A stretch of 64,000 nt of DNA from Nitrosopumilus sp. (GCA_965197525.1 OZ240211.1:1856001-1920000); one strand, 5' to 3'; shown: positions 41,177 through 51,733, counted from the stretch's first letter. Made by a program: numbers and translations. The notes: a model not told the origin generated them from the sequence alone.

Positions 41177-41758
41177 TTACATATCAAGTGCTCTAGAATG
41201 TTTTTGCGTATGGGGTCTCTCACCTGGATACTTTCGTCTCATGTGTCCTGACGGTCTTCCATATATTAGCTCCAGGAACCATGATTCGTGTTCAACTTCC
41301 TCACTTAGGATGTCTTTTGCAATATCATATGTTACTGGATCCTTTCCAAAGGTCATGTTACATATCTTGTTCCAGTTAACTATTGCACCTTGCTCTGCCT
41401 TGAGGCATTTTTCTAGAATTGCCTTGTGATCGGTTGGGTTTTCAGGAAGTTTCAAAAAGTCACAGCCAGACATCTTGATGAATTCAGTTGCATCATTTGG
41501 GAGGGTGCCACCCAACTGGTATATTCTCTCAAGACATGACTCAAAGTGACTGAGATCCTCTAATCTTGCATCCTCGATGATTCCTTTCAGTCCTTCCCCT
41601 TCCATACCTGTACAATGTGCCCGTAGGTTGGTAAAGTAATAGTATGCAGTAAATTCAACTGCCGCATTCTTAACTAGTTCTTTTACCAATTCGTCAACAT
41701 CCACGCCGTTCTGTTTTAGAACGTTAATTCCCACAACGTTTTGATTTGATTCAACCAT
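41177..41758 (-). CDS. dps: Dps-like (DpsL) ferritin-like protein
   Basis: VEFTAYYYF, EDARLEDLSHFE, AEQGAI, EEVEHESWF. Confidence 0.92.
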   Translation of the reverse strand: MVESNQNVVGINVLKQNGVDVDELVKELVKNAAVEFTAYYYFTNLRAHCTGMEGEGLKGIIEDARLEDLSHFESCLERIYQLGGTLPNDATEFIKMSGCDFLKLPENPTDHKAILEKCLKAEQGAIVNWNKICNMTFGKDPVTYDIAKDILSEEVEHESWFLELIYGRPSGHMRRKYPGERPHTQKHSRALDM

Positions 41759-41800
41759 TTACTCTTCAAAATTATAGTTGTAATAAAAATATTGCATTTA

Positions 41801-44800
41801 TTATGGGATTTCTTCTATTGATATTCTAATCTTTTGCCCGTCAATGTCTACTTGTTTGTATTCTTTGCAAGTTTCTGTAAAATTAACCTGTTTTACTCTG
41901 ACTAGGAACGCTAACTCCTCGGATCTCTGTTTTATCATGTCAAGTGATTCCTCCTTCAAATCCAAAATTGACGCAACCTCCAAAACGTCAGTAGGCGTAT
42001 ATCCTCTCTCTTTTCTTAATTCCTGCAGTCGTCGTGCGATATCTTTTACCAATCCTTTTGCAATCATATCTTTATTTCGTAATGTTGAGATTATTACAAT
42101 ATAGCCGTCTCTCTTTGCTAGTGCAAAATCAGTATCAGCATCAAAGTCTAGTACAAAATCTTCTGTATCAAGTGAAATCGTGTTTCCATCTATATCAAAG
42201 TCGTATCTGCTGTATTTTTGCAATGATGATACAATCTCTTTTGGTGATGTCTTGTTAAATATTTCAACTAATCTTCCCATGTGCTGTTTTACTTTGGGCC
42301 CTATCTCCTTTCTCTTTAATTCTATCATTGGTTTGATGGGCAATCCTAACCCTTTGTCTAACTCTATTATCTGCTCTAATCCTGTCTTGGAGTCATTATC
42401 ATCATCATCATCGCCATCTTTTACCTCAATAATACTAAAGCCCTCTACATTTAGTTGAGCCTGCAGTAACTCTGATAGTGACTCTAGCTTGGCTTTTTGG
42501 CCTTTTTTTACACAAATCTGTGCTTTATCAAGTGGCCATCTTCTCTTTAGTTTACCCTTCATTCTTGCAGCAGCTGACAGTGATACAACATTTGTCATAA
42601 TATCAAATGCCTCTTCAATCTCTTCATCCACTAGTTCTTCTTGGTACAAAGGCCATTGTTCAAGTAATATGCTAGGCTTTCTCTGGAATACTGTTTGGTA
42701 AAAGTATTCGCTGGTAAATGGGCAGAACGGATGTATCAACACGTCTAACGTCTCCAGTACTATATTCAATACCGCATATATTGCAAGTCTTCTGTCTTTT
42801 TGAGATTCATCCTCATTCCACAACTCTCCCCTTGTAATTGGGATGTATGTCTTGCTTAGAGTATTTATTATAAAGTCATCTATTGCTCTTGCGCTCTCAT
42901 GAAATCTACTAGTTTGGTTTTTTTCAGTCATCTTTTGAATTAATTTTTGCAGTTTTGATAGTAGCCAAATCTCAGGAGGAGTCAACAATCCTTTCTGTTT
43001 GACCCACTGCATCGTGTAATCTTTGTTGAAATTATCATATTGACTATTTTGTTTAAAGTATAGATGCAGGTTAAACAGTGTATCAATCACTTGGTAGGGT
43101 CTTAGCATCAACTCATCCGTACTGAAACTTAGTTGCTCTATCGGACTTGCTTTCCACATAAAATAGAATCTAATCAAATCTACTGGATATTTTTCAAGCA
43201 GCTCTTCTCCTTCCAACACATTTCCCTTGCTTTTGCTCATCTTACCTCCTTTTTCATCTAACACATGACCTTGAAATAAAAATGCCTTGTAGGGAGGTAT
43301 TGACGCATTGTTTAAAATTACATTCTCAATTAGTAATGTGTATGCCCATCCTCTGGTCTGATCGATTCCTTCCGTGAAGAATGGTGCAGGTATATCTTTT
43401 GTGTATTCGTCCTCAGTCAGTGATGCGTATGGAGCTGCACCGCTGTTGTGCCATGTATCTAATACGTATTCCTCTCTTTTTGTATTTACTCCATTGCAAT
43501 TCTTACATCTTATTGTAATGTTGTCAATCCACGGTCGGTGTAATTCAAAGTTTGGACCATCAGGCAGCTTGTCTGCTGACTTTACTATGTCCTCTCTTGT
43601 AAAGAACCAGTTCTTTTCATTACAGTCGTTGCAGTCCCACACAGGTAGGGGACAACCCCATACTCTCTCTCGTGAGATGCACCATGGGTGTCGTTCTTTG
43701 ATAATGCCTAGGAACCTGTTTCTTGGCTGCTCAAAAAAGTATTCCACGCTTGATGCTGCATCAATTGCTTTGTCTTCTAGCCTGTCTAATTTGTAAAACC
43801 ATCCTCGCCTTGCAAGCCATACGATTCTGTGGTGCGATCTCCAGCATAAGGGATACTTGTGTTTGATTCTGCCTATCTTCACTAGTGCATTACAGTCTTT
43901 TAGATCTTCTACTATTGGCCTGTCTGCATCTCTAACAAACATCCCTTGGTATTTTTTTCCTGCTTTTTGCGTGAATTTTACCTCGTCATCTATTGGACTA
44001 AAAACCTTGACATGGCGTTTGTTTGCAATCTTGATGTCCTCTTCTCCGTTTGCAGGGGAGAGATGAACTAGACCGCTACCTGCACTTACATCAACAAATG
44101 GTTCAGATATTGCAACATGATAATTATCTGCTTTGGCATGCTCTGCTAGTTCCGGAATCAACTCTAACAACGGATGGATGTATTTTTTTCCTTCAAACTC
44201 TGTCCCCTTTGCAGTCTTTAATATCTGATAGTCCGTAATGTCCATCTCTGCCATACATTCTTCTAATCGGGTCTTTCCAATTACCCATGTCTCATTGCCT
44301 ACTTTTACAAAGGCATAATCTTCCTTTGGTTGCAGTCCCACCATTGCGTCAGTTACCAGTGTAAATGGCATTGTAGTCCATACTATCAAAAACACATCTT
44401 CTTCTTCATCAACTAGCTTTACCTTGTAGTATAGCGATGGATCCTTTACTTCCTCATATCCTTGGTTTACTTCTGCATGACTGAGTGATGTCTGACAGCT
44501 TGGACAGTACGCTATTACGGTATAATCTTCTTCTAAAATTTTATTCTCGTATGCCTTTTTTAGAACTTGCCACTCTCGTTGAATAAATTCGTCCCTAAAA
44601 GTCCAGTACGCTTTCTCGTGATTAAATGACATTCCAAGCAAGTCATCAACTTTTACCCATATCTCGTTGAATCTCTGCACGACTTTTTTACACTCTTGTA
44701 CAATCCTTTCTACCCCAAATTCCTTGATGGCCTCGGTTTTTCCTCCTTTTACTCCTAGCTCTTTTTCAACTTGTAGCTCTACTGGAAGTCCCTGCGTGTC

Positions 44801-45046
44801 CCATCCTCCATTAAATTCGATCTTCTTTCCTTGTAGTGTGTTGAACCTGTACCAGAAATCCTTGATTACCCGTCCTCTTAGGTGTCCTGCATGTGGTATG
44901 CCATTCATGGTGGGTGGACCTTCAATGAATCTGATTGTTTCAGGTTTGTCTGATGCAAAAATTTGCTTCTCCAAATCAATTGATTTTATGTATTGCTTTA
45001 TCTGTGATTCAACTGCCTTTGCATCAAATTTGTTTGCAAGTTCCAT
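41801..45046 (-). CDS. ileS: Isoleucyl-tRNA synthetase
   Basis: EGPPTMNGIPHAGH, WTTMPFTL, WCISRER, EGIDQTRGW, KMSKS. Confidence 0.95.
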   Translation of the reverse strand: MELANKFDAKAVESQIKQYIKSIDLEKQIFASDKPETIRFIEGPPTMNGIPHAGHLRGRVIKDFWYRFNTLQGKKIEFNGGWDTQGLPVELQVEKELGVKGGKTEAIKEFGVERIVQECKKVVQRFNEIWVKVDDLLGMSFNHEKAYWTFRDEFIQREWQVLKKAYENKILEEDYTVIAYCPSCQTSLSHAEVNQGYEEVKDPSLYYKVKLVDEEEDVFLIVWTTMPFTLVTDAMVGLQPKEDYAFVKVGNETWVIGKTRLEECMAEMDITDYQILKTAKGTEFEGKKYIHPLLELIPELAEHAKADNYHVAISEPFVDVSAGSGLVHLSPANGEEDIKIANKRHVKVFSPIDDEVKFTQKAGKKYQGMFVRDADRPIVEDLKDCNALVKIGRIKHKYPLCWRSHHRIVWLARRGWFYKLDRLEDKAIDAASSVEYFFEQPRNRFLGIIKERHPWCISRERVWGCPLPVWDCNDCNEKNWFFTREDIVKSADKLPDGPNFELHRPWIDNITIRCKNCNGVNTKREEYVLDTWHNSGAAPYASLTEDEYTKDIPAPFFTEGIDQTRGWAYTLLIENVILNNASIPPYKAFLFQGHVLDEKGGKMSKSKGNVLEGEELLEKYPVDLIRFYFMWKASPIEQLSFSTDELMLRPYQVIDTLFNLHLYFKQNSQYDNFNKDYTMQWVKQKGLLTPPEIWLLSKLQKLIQKMTEKNQTSRFHESARAIDDFIINTLSKTYIPITRGELWNEDESQKDRRLAIYAVLNIVLETLDVLIHPFCPFTSEYFYQTVFQRKPSILLEQWPLYQEELVDEEIEEAFDIMTNVVSLSAAARMKGKLKRRWPLDKAQICVKKGQKAKLESLSELLQAQLNVEGFSIIEVKDGDDDDDNDSKTGLEQIIELDKGLGLPIKPMIELKRKEIGPKVKQHMGRLVEIFNKTSPKEIVSSLQKYSRYDFDIDGNTISLDTEDFVLDFDADTDFALAKRDGYIVIISTLRNKDMIAKGLVKDIARRLQELRKERGYTPTDVLEVASILDLKEESLDMIKQRSEELAFLVRVKQVNFTETCKEYKQVDIDGQKIRISIEEIP

Positions 45047-45304
45047 CTAGATTTTGATTTATGTGTGGCATTATAAAGCTAAATTGTCGATGATACACAA
45101 CAGGTTGCTGTCATCAGAAACAGTACCACACTGTTAAAAAGTCGAGATTTTAGTGATATGGCACCTTGGTAGTTCTTGTCGCCATCGTGGCAGTTACTCT
45201 AGTTTGTACTTTTGATTTTCTTATTCTTGCTGTTCTTGCCGTCATTGTATCATAAATCAAACCCTCACAGCATATTTTTAAGGGTATTTTAAAAAATCTT
45301 GAGT

Positions 45305-46657
45305 ATGGGCAAAACTAAATTTCTGATTGTAGGGGGTGGAGGACGTGAGTGTGCCTTTGCACTCAGACTTGTAACAGACACACAACTATACGCTGTTATT
45401 AGTCATGATAACCCTCTCATTGTGGATTGTGTTAAACAGTCAGGTGGCAGATATTTGATTGGTGACGTAAATGATCCTCATGTGGTTTTGAATTTTGTCA
45501 AAGAACATGCAATTGACTATACTTTTGTTAATGCTGATCAGCCATTGGCAAACGGCGTAGTTGATATCTTACTTGAGAATAACTTTAAGGCTATTGGGGG
45601 AACAAAGCAAGCAACTCGTATTGAATGGGATAAAGTATATTCCATTGAAATGATGCAAAAGGTCTGCCCTGAATTTACACCATTTTACAGAATTGTCTCA
45701 AATACTGCTGAACTAAAAGATGCCATATCAGAGTTTGAGTCTCTTGGGCTTGATATAGTGGTAAAACCTCAAGGACTTACAGGTGGCAAGGGTGTAAAAG
45801 TAATGCCTGAGCATCTTCTCACATATCAGCACTGCTCTGATTATGCCTCTCTACTTCTTGAGAAGAATCAGGATGAACAGGTTCTGCTAGTTGAACGATT
45901 AGACGGCATCGAGTTTACCATCATGGGTATTACTGATGGCAAGAATCTCGTAATCTCTCCTGCAAGCTATGACTATCCATTTAGGTATGAAGATGATAAA
46001 GGTGCAGGAACTGGAGGTATGGGGTGTTTTACTAGTTCAGAGAAGAAACTTCCGTTTATGAGTGATAAAGATTTGGATGACTGTCGATTAATAATGCATA
46101 GGATAATAGACGAGATGAGATCAAAGAATCTCTTTTTCAACGGTGTCCTCAATGGTGGGTTCTTTAAAACTAAAAAAGGTATACAATTTATGGAATTTAA
46201 TGGTCGTTTTGGAGATCCTGAAGTACTAAACATCCTGAGTGTTCTTGAGGGGTCTTTTTCTGATTTGTTAATACACATTTGGAACAAGACACTATCTGAT
46301 GATGTGGTCTCTTTTGCTAAAAAAGCATGTGTTACCAAATATTTGGTTGCAAAAGAGTATCCTGATCCCAGTAAACAAGCAACATCTTTTACTCTTGATG
46401 AAAAGGCTATTGCTGATCTTGGTGTGACAACGTTTTTTGCCTCTTGTATAAAAACAGACGAACACAAATACGAAACATTGAAAAAATCACGAGCTATTGC
46501 ATTTGGTGCTGTCTCAGATACCATTGATGATGCCTCATCCTTGGTAAACCAAGTTATTGACACTTATGTTACAGGTGTATTGGAGTACCGACGTGATATT
46601 GGTTCTAAAAAGAGCTTACAAAAATTGGAAACAATTAACGCAGGCCTGATTTTATAA
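45305..46657 (+). CDS. purD: PurD-like ATP-grasp ligase (divergent phosphoribosylamine-glycine ligase)
   Basis: GGGGRE, VKPQGLTGGKGV, TGGMG, EFNGRFGDPE; the QDHKR motif is replaced. Confidence 0.7.
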   Translation: MGKTKFLIVGGGGRECAFALRLVTDTQLYAVISHDNPLIVDCVKQSGGRYLIGDVNDPHVVLNFVKEHAIDYTFVNADQPLANGVVDILLENNFKAIGGTKQATRIEWDKVYSIEMMQKVCPEFTPFYRIVSNTAELKDAISEFESLGLDIVVKPQGLTGGKGVKVMPEHLLTYQHCSDYASLLLEKNQDEQVLLVERLDGIEFTIMGITDGKNLVISPASYDYPFRYEDDKGAGTGGMGCFTSSEKKLPFMSDKDLDDCRLIMHRIIDEMRSKNLFFNGVLNGGFFKTKKGIQFMEFNGRFGDPEVLNILSVLEGSFSDLLIHIWNKTLSDDVVSFAKKACVTKYLVAKEYPDPSKQATSFTLDEKAIADLGVTTFFASCIKTDEHKYETLKKSRAIAFGAVSDTIDDASSLVNQVIDTYVTGVLEYRRDIGSKKSLQKLETINAGLIL

Positions 46658-46749
46658 TAGACTAGTATTATTTTTTGTAACTTGCAACTTTGTGTGCATG
46701 TGTATTTTTTAGGATTGTTATTGCGTCTTGGAAATATTATGGCGCCCCA

Positions 46750-47337
46750 TTATTTACTGTAGTGATTCTTGCTTGTTTTACTAGTCTGTATTGTTCTATT
46801 CTCAGTTACTATCCAATCAATAATAATATCGTGCTCTGAGATTGGAATTTTTTTTACAATTTGTTTCTCTAGTGTAAGCGAGATTGTTACTGTTTTATTA
46901 TCTGCTAAAAATCTGTCATAGTATCCATGGCCATAACCCAGTCTGACGCCTGTAGGAGTTATCGCTACGGTGGGTACTAGAACTACATCTAGTTTGTTGT
47001 CTGTCTCACAACTGTCTTTAGGCTCCATTATCCCAAAATTGCCTATCTCTAGGCTTGAAAAATCAGCAATCTTTCTAAATTCCATGTCTTCTTCTCTTGT
47101 TTTTGGCAGGAACACCTCTCTTCCTTGACTGAGCAGCTCTTGGATGATGTCCTGTGTAAGAATTTCACTTCCTATCGGATAGTAGACCCCAATCTTTTGA
47201 GCGTTTTTGAATGCGTAAACCCTTTTCAATTTTTTCTGTATTCTTTCACTTGCAATCTTCATTAGATCAAAAGACGTGTTGTCTCTTTTCTCTAATAGAA
47301 GATGTCTTAGTGATTCTTTCTCAGGATTGTCTTTCAA
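46750..47337 (-). CDS. 5-formyltetrahydrofolate cyclo-ligase
   Basis: DVVLVP, RLGYGHGYYDR. Confidence 0.92.
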   Translation of the reverse strand: MKDNPEKESLRHLLLEKRDNTSFDLMKIASERIQKKLKRVYAFKNAQKIGVYYPIGSEILTQDIIQELLSQGREVFLPKTREEDMEFRKIADFSSLEIGNFGIMEPKDSCETDNKLDVVLVPTVAITPTGVRLGYGHGYYDRFLADNKTVTISLTLEKQIVKKIPISEHDIIIDWIVTENRTIQTSKTSKNHYSK

Positions 47338-48220
47338 TTTTAATACCCAAAGATGCCGTTTTCGTTGTAATTGTAGCTGCTGCTGCCGCTGTAACTGTAT
47401 TTTTTAATAGCATTGCAACAGTCATTGGCCCTACTCCTCCAGGAACAGGTGTTGCAAAAGATGCTTTTTGAATTATCTGCTCAAAATCTGAATCACCAAC
47501 TAGTTTATCCTGATATCGTGATATTGCCACATCAACTACAACTGCGTCCTTGTTTATCATATCAGGTGTCAGTGTAAATTTTGCTCTATTGCCAACTGCC
47601 GTAATTACAACATCTGCCATTTGGCACAATTCTGTTAGATTTTCGGTTTTGGAATGGCATGTTATGACAGTTGCATTTTTTTCTAGCAACAAGTGATACA
47701 AAGGTTTTCCAACCAGGTTGCTTCTGTTGATTAACACTACATTTTTTCTCTCTAAATCAATTCCATGGTAATCAAACATCTCCATTATCCCTAACGGTGT
47801 ACATGCAATTAATGACGCCCTTCTCATTGCAAGCAGTCCTGCGTTGTGTGGTGTCAGCCCATCTACATCCTTTGATGGCAATATCTTTGATATTGCATCA
47901 AACTCGTCTAACTGTTTGGGCAGTGGCAGCTGAATCAGTATTCCGTGTACTGACACATCTGAGTTTAACTCTTTGATAATGTCAGTTAGTTTTGCTTGGG
48001 TGGTCATGGCATCTAACTTGTAATCCTTTGTTGTTATTCCTACCTCTTGACATGCCTTGTGTTTATTTCTGACATATGTGGCAGAGGCTTGGTCTTCTCC
48101 TACTAGTATTGTTGCCAAGCAAGGAACAACATTGTGCTTGTTTAACTCTTTTACGTTCATTTTGATTCGTTCCTTGACTGCCTTGGCGATAACTATACCG
48201 TCAATCCTAATCCCTGCCAT
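47321..48220 (-). CDS. folD: Methylenetetrahydrofolate dehydrogenase/cyclohydrolase
   Basis: YVRNK, IQLPLP, KDVDG, CTPLG, TPVPGGVGPMT. Confidence 0.95.
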   Translation of the reverse strand: MAGIRIDGIVIAKAVKERIKMNVKELNKHNVVPCLATILVGEDQASATYVRNKHKACQEVGITTKDYKLDAMTTQAKLTDIIKELNSDVSVHGILIQLPLPKQLDEFDAISKILPSKDVDGLTPHNAGLLAMRRASLIACTPLGIMEMFDYHGIDLERKNVVLINRSNLVGKPLYHLLLEKNATVITCHSKTENLTELCQMADVVITAVGNRAKFTLTPDMINKDAVVVDVAISRYQDKLVGDSDFEQIIQKASFATPVPGGVGPMTVAMLLKNTVTAAAAATITTKTASLGIKIERQS

Positions 48221-48518
48221 ATACTGATCTTAGTTTGTAGATATTTAATTCTTGGAGAACTCACATACTATGCACTCAGATTCCATCTAGTTCTAGGCGT
48301 GATTTTACAATGTGCTACGTTTTTTTGTGCCTACGCAGACACCGGACCTACGCATACCACTCGCTCATCGAATATTTTATTAGTGTATTGAAAAAAAAAA
48401 ATACTGTACGCTTGATATGGTTGGTTTGCTGATATATACTAATCACTATCAAACCCGTCCTCTGATTAGACGCAACAGTCGGAGGATGCTTTTTATCATC
48501 TGCATTAAAATATTCGTT

Positions 48519-48601
48519 GCTCAGATAGCCTAGTCTGGTAGGGCGTCTGACTTCTAATCCGATCATGTTGCGTGACGAGGGTTCGAATCTCTCTCTGAGC
48601 G
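48519..48601 (+). tRNA. Class II tRNA with a Ser-type body but a TCT (Arg) anticodon
   Basis: GCTCAGA/TCTGAGC acceptor, G73, GCCT/GGGC D-stem, TCTGA-CTTCTAA-TCCGA anticodon arm, 14-nt variable arm, GAGGG-TTCGAAT-CTCTC T-arm. Confidence 0.85.
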
Positions 48602-48740
48602 TTTTTGTTATGCTGGATTTTCTTTGTGAAGGCTCGCATTTTGAATCAGCACAACCTTTTGAACCTGCGTTCACTAATGTATGTAATCCCAATAAATATC
48701 TGTAAAGCAATTAAATAATGGCATCTTTGCTGTTTAGAGT

Positions 48741-49028
48741 ATGTTTGTAATGATGGCAAAAGTGAAACTAAATTCAGGTGTAGATGCTCAGTTTAAGAGT
48801 TGGTTCTCCGAATCAAACAAGGCATTATCTGCATTTCCTGGATTTATCTCTAGACGATTGTTGCAATCAGCTGACGATGGCAGTTATACAGTAATTGTAG
48901 AACATGAGAGTAAAGAGAGTTTTATCAAGATGCATCAGAGTCCGGAACATCAAAAAGTTCATCCGATAGGCCGTTCTTTTATGAGTGCTGATCCTATAAA
49001 ACAAGCATACACACTGGCAGCATCATAA
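48741..49028 (+). CDS. Antibiotic biosynthesis monooxygenase (ABM) family protein
   Basis: FPGFISRRLL...HQSPEH pattern; 95 aa. Confidence 0.8.
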   Translation: MFVMMAKVKLNSGVDAQFKSWFSESNKALSAFPGFISRRLLQSADDGSYTVIVEHESKESFIKMHQSPEHQKVHPIGRSFMSADPIKQAYTLAAS

Positions 49029-49029
49029 A

Positions 49030-49356
49030 TTGAAACTCGAGTTTACTTTAGATTCATATCTTGACAAGATTAAAAACAGCGATTCCTATTTTTACACTTT
49101 TATAAACAAAGATAGCTTGGCTGCAGGTGTTCTAGTGCTTGAGCCGGGGGACACAGATACACAAACACCTCACGACAGCGATGAGGTGTATTACGTCATC
49201 TCAGGTGACGGGTTTTTAAAGATTAGAGACAAAGATTACAATGTTGCAAAAGACAAGTTATATTTTGTAAAACAGGGAGTAGAGCATTTTTTTCATGGTA
49301 ATAAAACAGAGTTGGTAGTATTGTATTTTTTTGGCAGACCAGATGATTCTGATTAA
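49030..49356 (+). CDS. Cupin-domain protein
   Basis: QTPHDSDEVYYVISGDG...GVEHFF. Confidence 0.85.
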   Translation: MKLEFTLDSYLDKIKNSDSYFYTFINKDSLAAGVLVLEPGDTDTQTPHDSDEVYYVISGDGFLKIRDKDYNVAKDKLYFVKQGVEHFFHGNKTELVVLYFFGRPDDSD

Positions 49357-49970
49357 CTGATAACTACTCTTCCCTTGATAACCCTGATCTTTTTTCTTGC
49401 AAAGAGATCTATTGCCAGTGGGTATATTCGATGCTCTTCTTTTAGAATCTTTGCTGATAACGTCTCCTCTGTATCGCCTTCGTTAACTTTGACTATTGAT
49501 TGTACTATTATTGGACCTGTGTCTACTCCGTCATCAACAAAATGTACTGTACATCCTGAATACTTTACCCCGCGCTGTACAGCTTGTCTTTGTGCGTTTA
49601 GCCCTGGAAACGATGGTAGCAATGCAGGATGCATGTTCATTATTCTATTTTTGTATCTCTTTACAAACTCTGGACTAATGATTCTCATAAATCCTGCAAA
49701 ACATACTAGACCGTTTCTTGGAGTGACTCTATATCTTGACAGGATATCTATCAATGCCTTGTCATACTCTGTTCTGTCGCCTTTGAAGTCTTTACTCTCT
49801 AGAACCTCTACTGCCACGCCTAATTTCTTTGCAATTCTTATGCCTGCTGCATCTTGTTTGTTTGAAATAACTATTGTAGGGTTGATTGGAATCTTCTTTC
49901 TCTTTACTGCCTTTAGAATGGATTCCATGTTGCTTCCACGACCTGATATCAGAATTCCTAAATTTAACAA
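49353..49970 (-). CDS. purN: Phosphoribosylglycinamide formyltransferase
   Basis: ISGRGSNM, AGFMRII, NMHPALLPSFPG, VDTGPII. Confidence 0.95.
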   Translation of the reverse strand: MLNLGILISGRGSNMESILKAVKRKKIPINPTIVISNKQDAAGIRIAKKLGVAVEVLESKDFKGDRTEYDKALIDILSRYRVTPRNGLVCFAGFMRIISPEFVKRYKNRIMNMHPALLPSFPGLNAQRQAVQRGVKYSGCTVHFVDDGVDTGPIIVQSIVKVNEGDTEETLSAKILKEEHRIYPLAIDLFARKKIRVIKGRVVIS

Positions 49971-50287
49971 CTAGTTTTTGTGTGCTGTATCTATAATTAA
50001 TGTATATGCCGATTTTAGCTTTAGACTCTCCATCCATGTTTTATCTTGTGTGAAGAGCAGTTCGTCTTTCTGTATGTAAAATGCACCGCAAGTAAATGCG
50101 TCAGCATTGGGATTATTGGAAAAATGACTGCGATGTCTAACAAAGGAGATGCTGTTATTGATGGAAAGTCAGGAGAAAAGTCCGATGTAAATAAGAAAGT
50201 AGACTGTTTTCTGATTAAAGTTTATTGGAATGATCTGAAACTATCAACGTATGCAAGCCAAGAATTGCCAGGATGTGATATGGCAGT

Positions 50288-51733
50288 ATGAATGAATCTG
50301 TAGTAGAAGATCTAGAATCAGCTATCCGTGGAGAAGTGATGCTTCAAGATGAGATCAGACAGTTATACTCGCTTGATGCAAGTGCATACCAGATTGTCCC
50401 TGACGTAGTTGTGGTTCCTACAGACGAAGACGATGTGGTCAGTGCAATCACGATAGCCAAGAGGACTAGAACCCCTATTACGCCGCGAGGAGCGGGCACT
50501 GGACTGGTAGGAGGTGCATTGAACACAGGCATCATACTTGATATGAAGAACTTTGACACAGTCAACGTCGATGGGAGTAGAGCTGTTGTAGGTGTGGGTG
50601 TGCGCAAAGGGCGGCTTGATCAGATACTTGGTAGGCACGGGAAGATTTTTGCCCCTAATCCGTCAGTAGGCGCGTTCTGTTCTATTGGGGGCATGCTGGG
50701 AAACAATGCTGGAGGAAGCAGGAGTGTCAAATACGGCAGCACGGTAGACAATGTCACAAAGGTCAGATTTGTAGATGGAACAGGCAAGACTGTCACCCTG
50801 CCAGATGACAGACAGGTAGGGGAGAAGATCCTAAAGATTGCAGGTTCTGCCCAAATAGAGATGTTTCCGCAGGTGACCAAGAATTCTTCAGGATACCGGC
50901 TAGACAAAGTAAGGACTATTGATGAGACGCACAGGATTCTTGTTGGTTCTGAAGGAACACTTGGGATAATTCTGTCAGCAGAATTATGTCTGATAGACGA
51001 ATCTGCGTACAAGCGTCTCTTTGTACTCAGGTATGACTCCCTTGCAACTGCCATGTCTGACTGCGTCAGGATCGTAAAGACTGGGCCGTCGGCTTTGGAG
51101 TTCGTGGATCGCCATGTGATCGAGAAGATGAATGTGGAGATAGGTCAAGATGCCGAATGTATCTTACTAGTAGAATATGATGAGCATATTCGAGACGATG
51201 CAGAAATTCTCAAAACATTCACAGGCAGAATCACGGCAGATTTGGAGGATGCCGCAGAGATAGACTGGTGGTGGAACCACAGGAATGCCGCACTACACTA
51301 CAGCATGAGTGCTGTGCCGCTACAATTGCGTACGCCCCACATAATTGATGATGCTGCCGTGCCGTTAGAAAGAATCAACGATCTATTTTGCATATTAGAT
51401 GATATAAACAAAAAGTACAAGACCAGTACTATCACGTTTGGACATGCAGGAGATGGAAACATCCATGCCCGCCTCATCTTGGATAACATGGATACCAAGA
51501 TCCTCAAGAGGATAGCAAGTCAATACTATGTGGGTATCAACCGTCTGGGCGGCACCATTACTGCAGAACACGGAGACGGATTTGTATCATCAGAGTTTGT
51601 CAGGAGACAGTATGGCCACCTAAACTACAAGGCATTTCAGGAAGTAAAGCAGATATTTGATCCGTGCAACATACTAAACCCTGACAAAAAGATAACTAGC
51701 AAGAGTAGCATAGTAGAGAATCTGTTATTGTAA
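50288..51733 (+). CDS. FAD-linked oxidase (GlcD/D-lactate dehydrogenase family)
   Basis: PRGAGTGLVGG, VGSEGTLG, GHAGDGNIH, TAEHGDG, NILNPDK. Confidence 0.88.
   Translation: MNESVVEDLESAIRGEVMLQDEIRQLYSLDASAYQIVPDVVVVPTDEDDVVSAITIAKRTRTPITPRGAGTGLVGGALNTGIILDMKNFDTVNVDGSRAVVGVGVRKGRLDQILGRHGKIFAPNPSVGAFCSIGGMLGNNAGGSRSVKYGSTVDNVTKVRFVDGTGKTVTLPDDRQVGEKILKIAGSAQIEMFPQVTKNSSGYRLDKVRTIDETHRILVGSEGTLGIILSAELCLIDESAYKRLFVLRYDSLATAMSDCVRIVKTGPSALEFVDRHVIEKMNVEIGQDAECILLVEYDEHIRDDAEILKTFTGRITADLEDAAEIDWWWNHRNAALHYSMSAVPLQLRTPHIIDDAAVPLERINDLFCILDDINKKYKTSTITFGHAGDGNIHARLILDNMDTKILKRIASQYYVGINRLGGTITAEHGDGFVSSEFVRRQYGHLNYKAFQEVKQIFDPCNILNPDKKITSKSSIVENLLL

Noticed and set aside
48546-48562. tRNA-Pyl or amber suppressor (CTA) reading
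   Set aside because: Centring on CTA destroys the anticodon stem, and the long variable arm is unlike tRNA-Pyl.
48348-48710. 120-aa minus-strand ORF
   Set aside because: Overlaps the tRNA and has no recognisable motifs.
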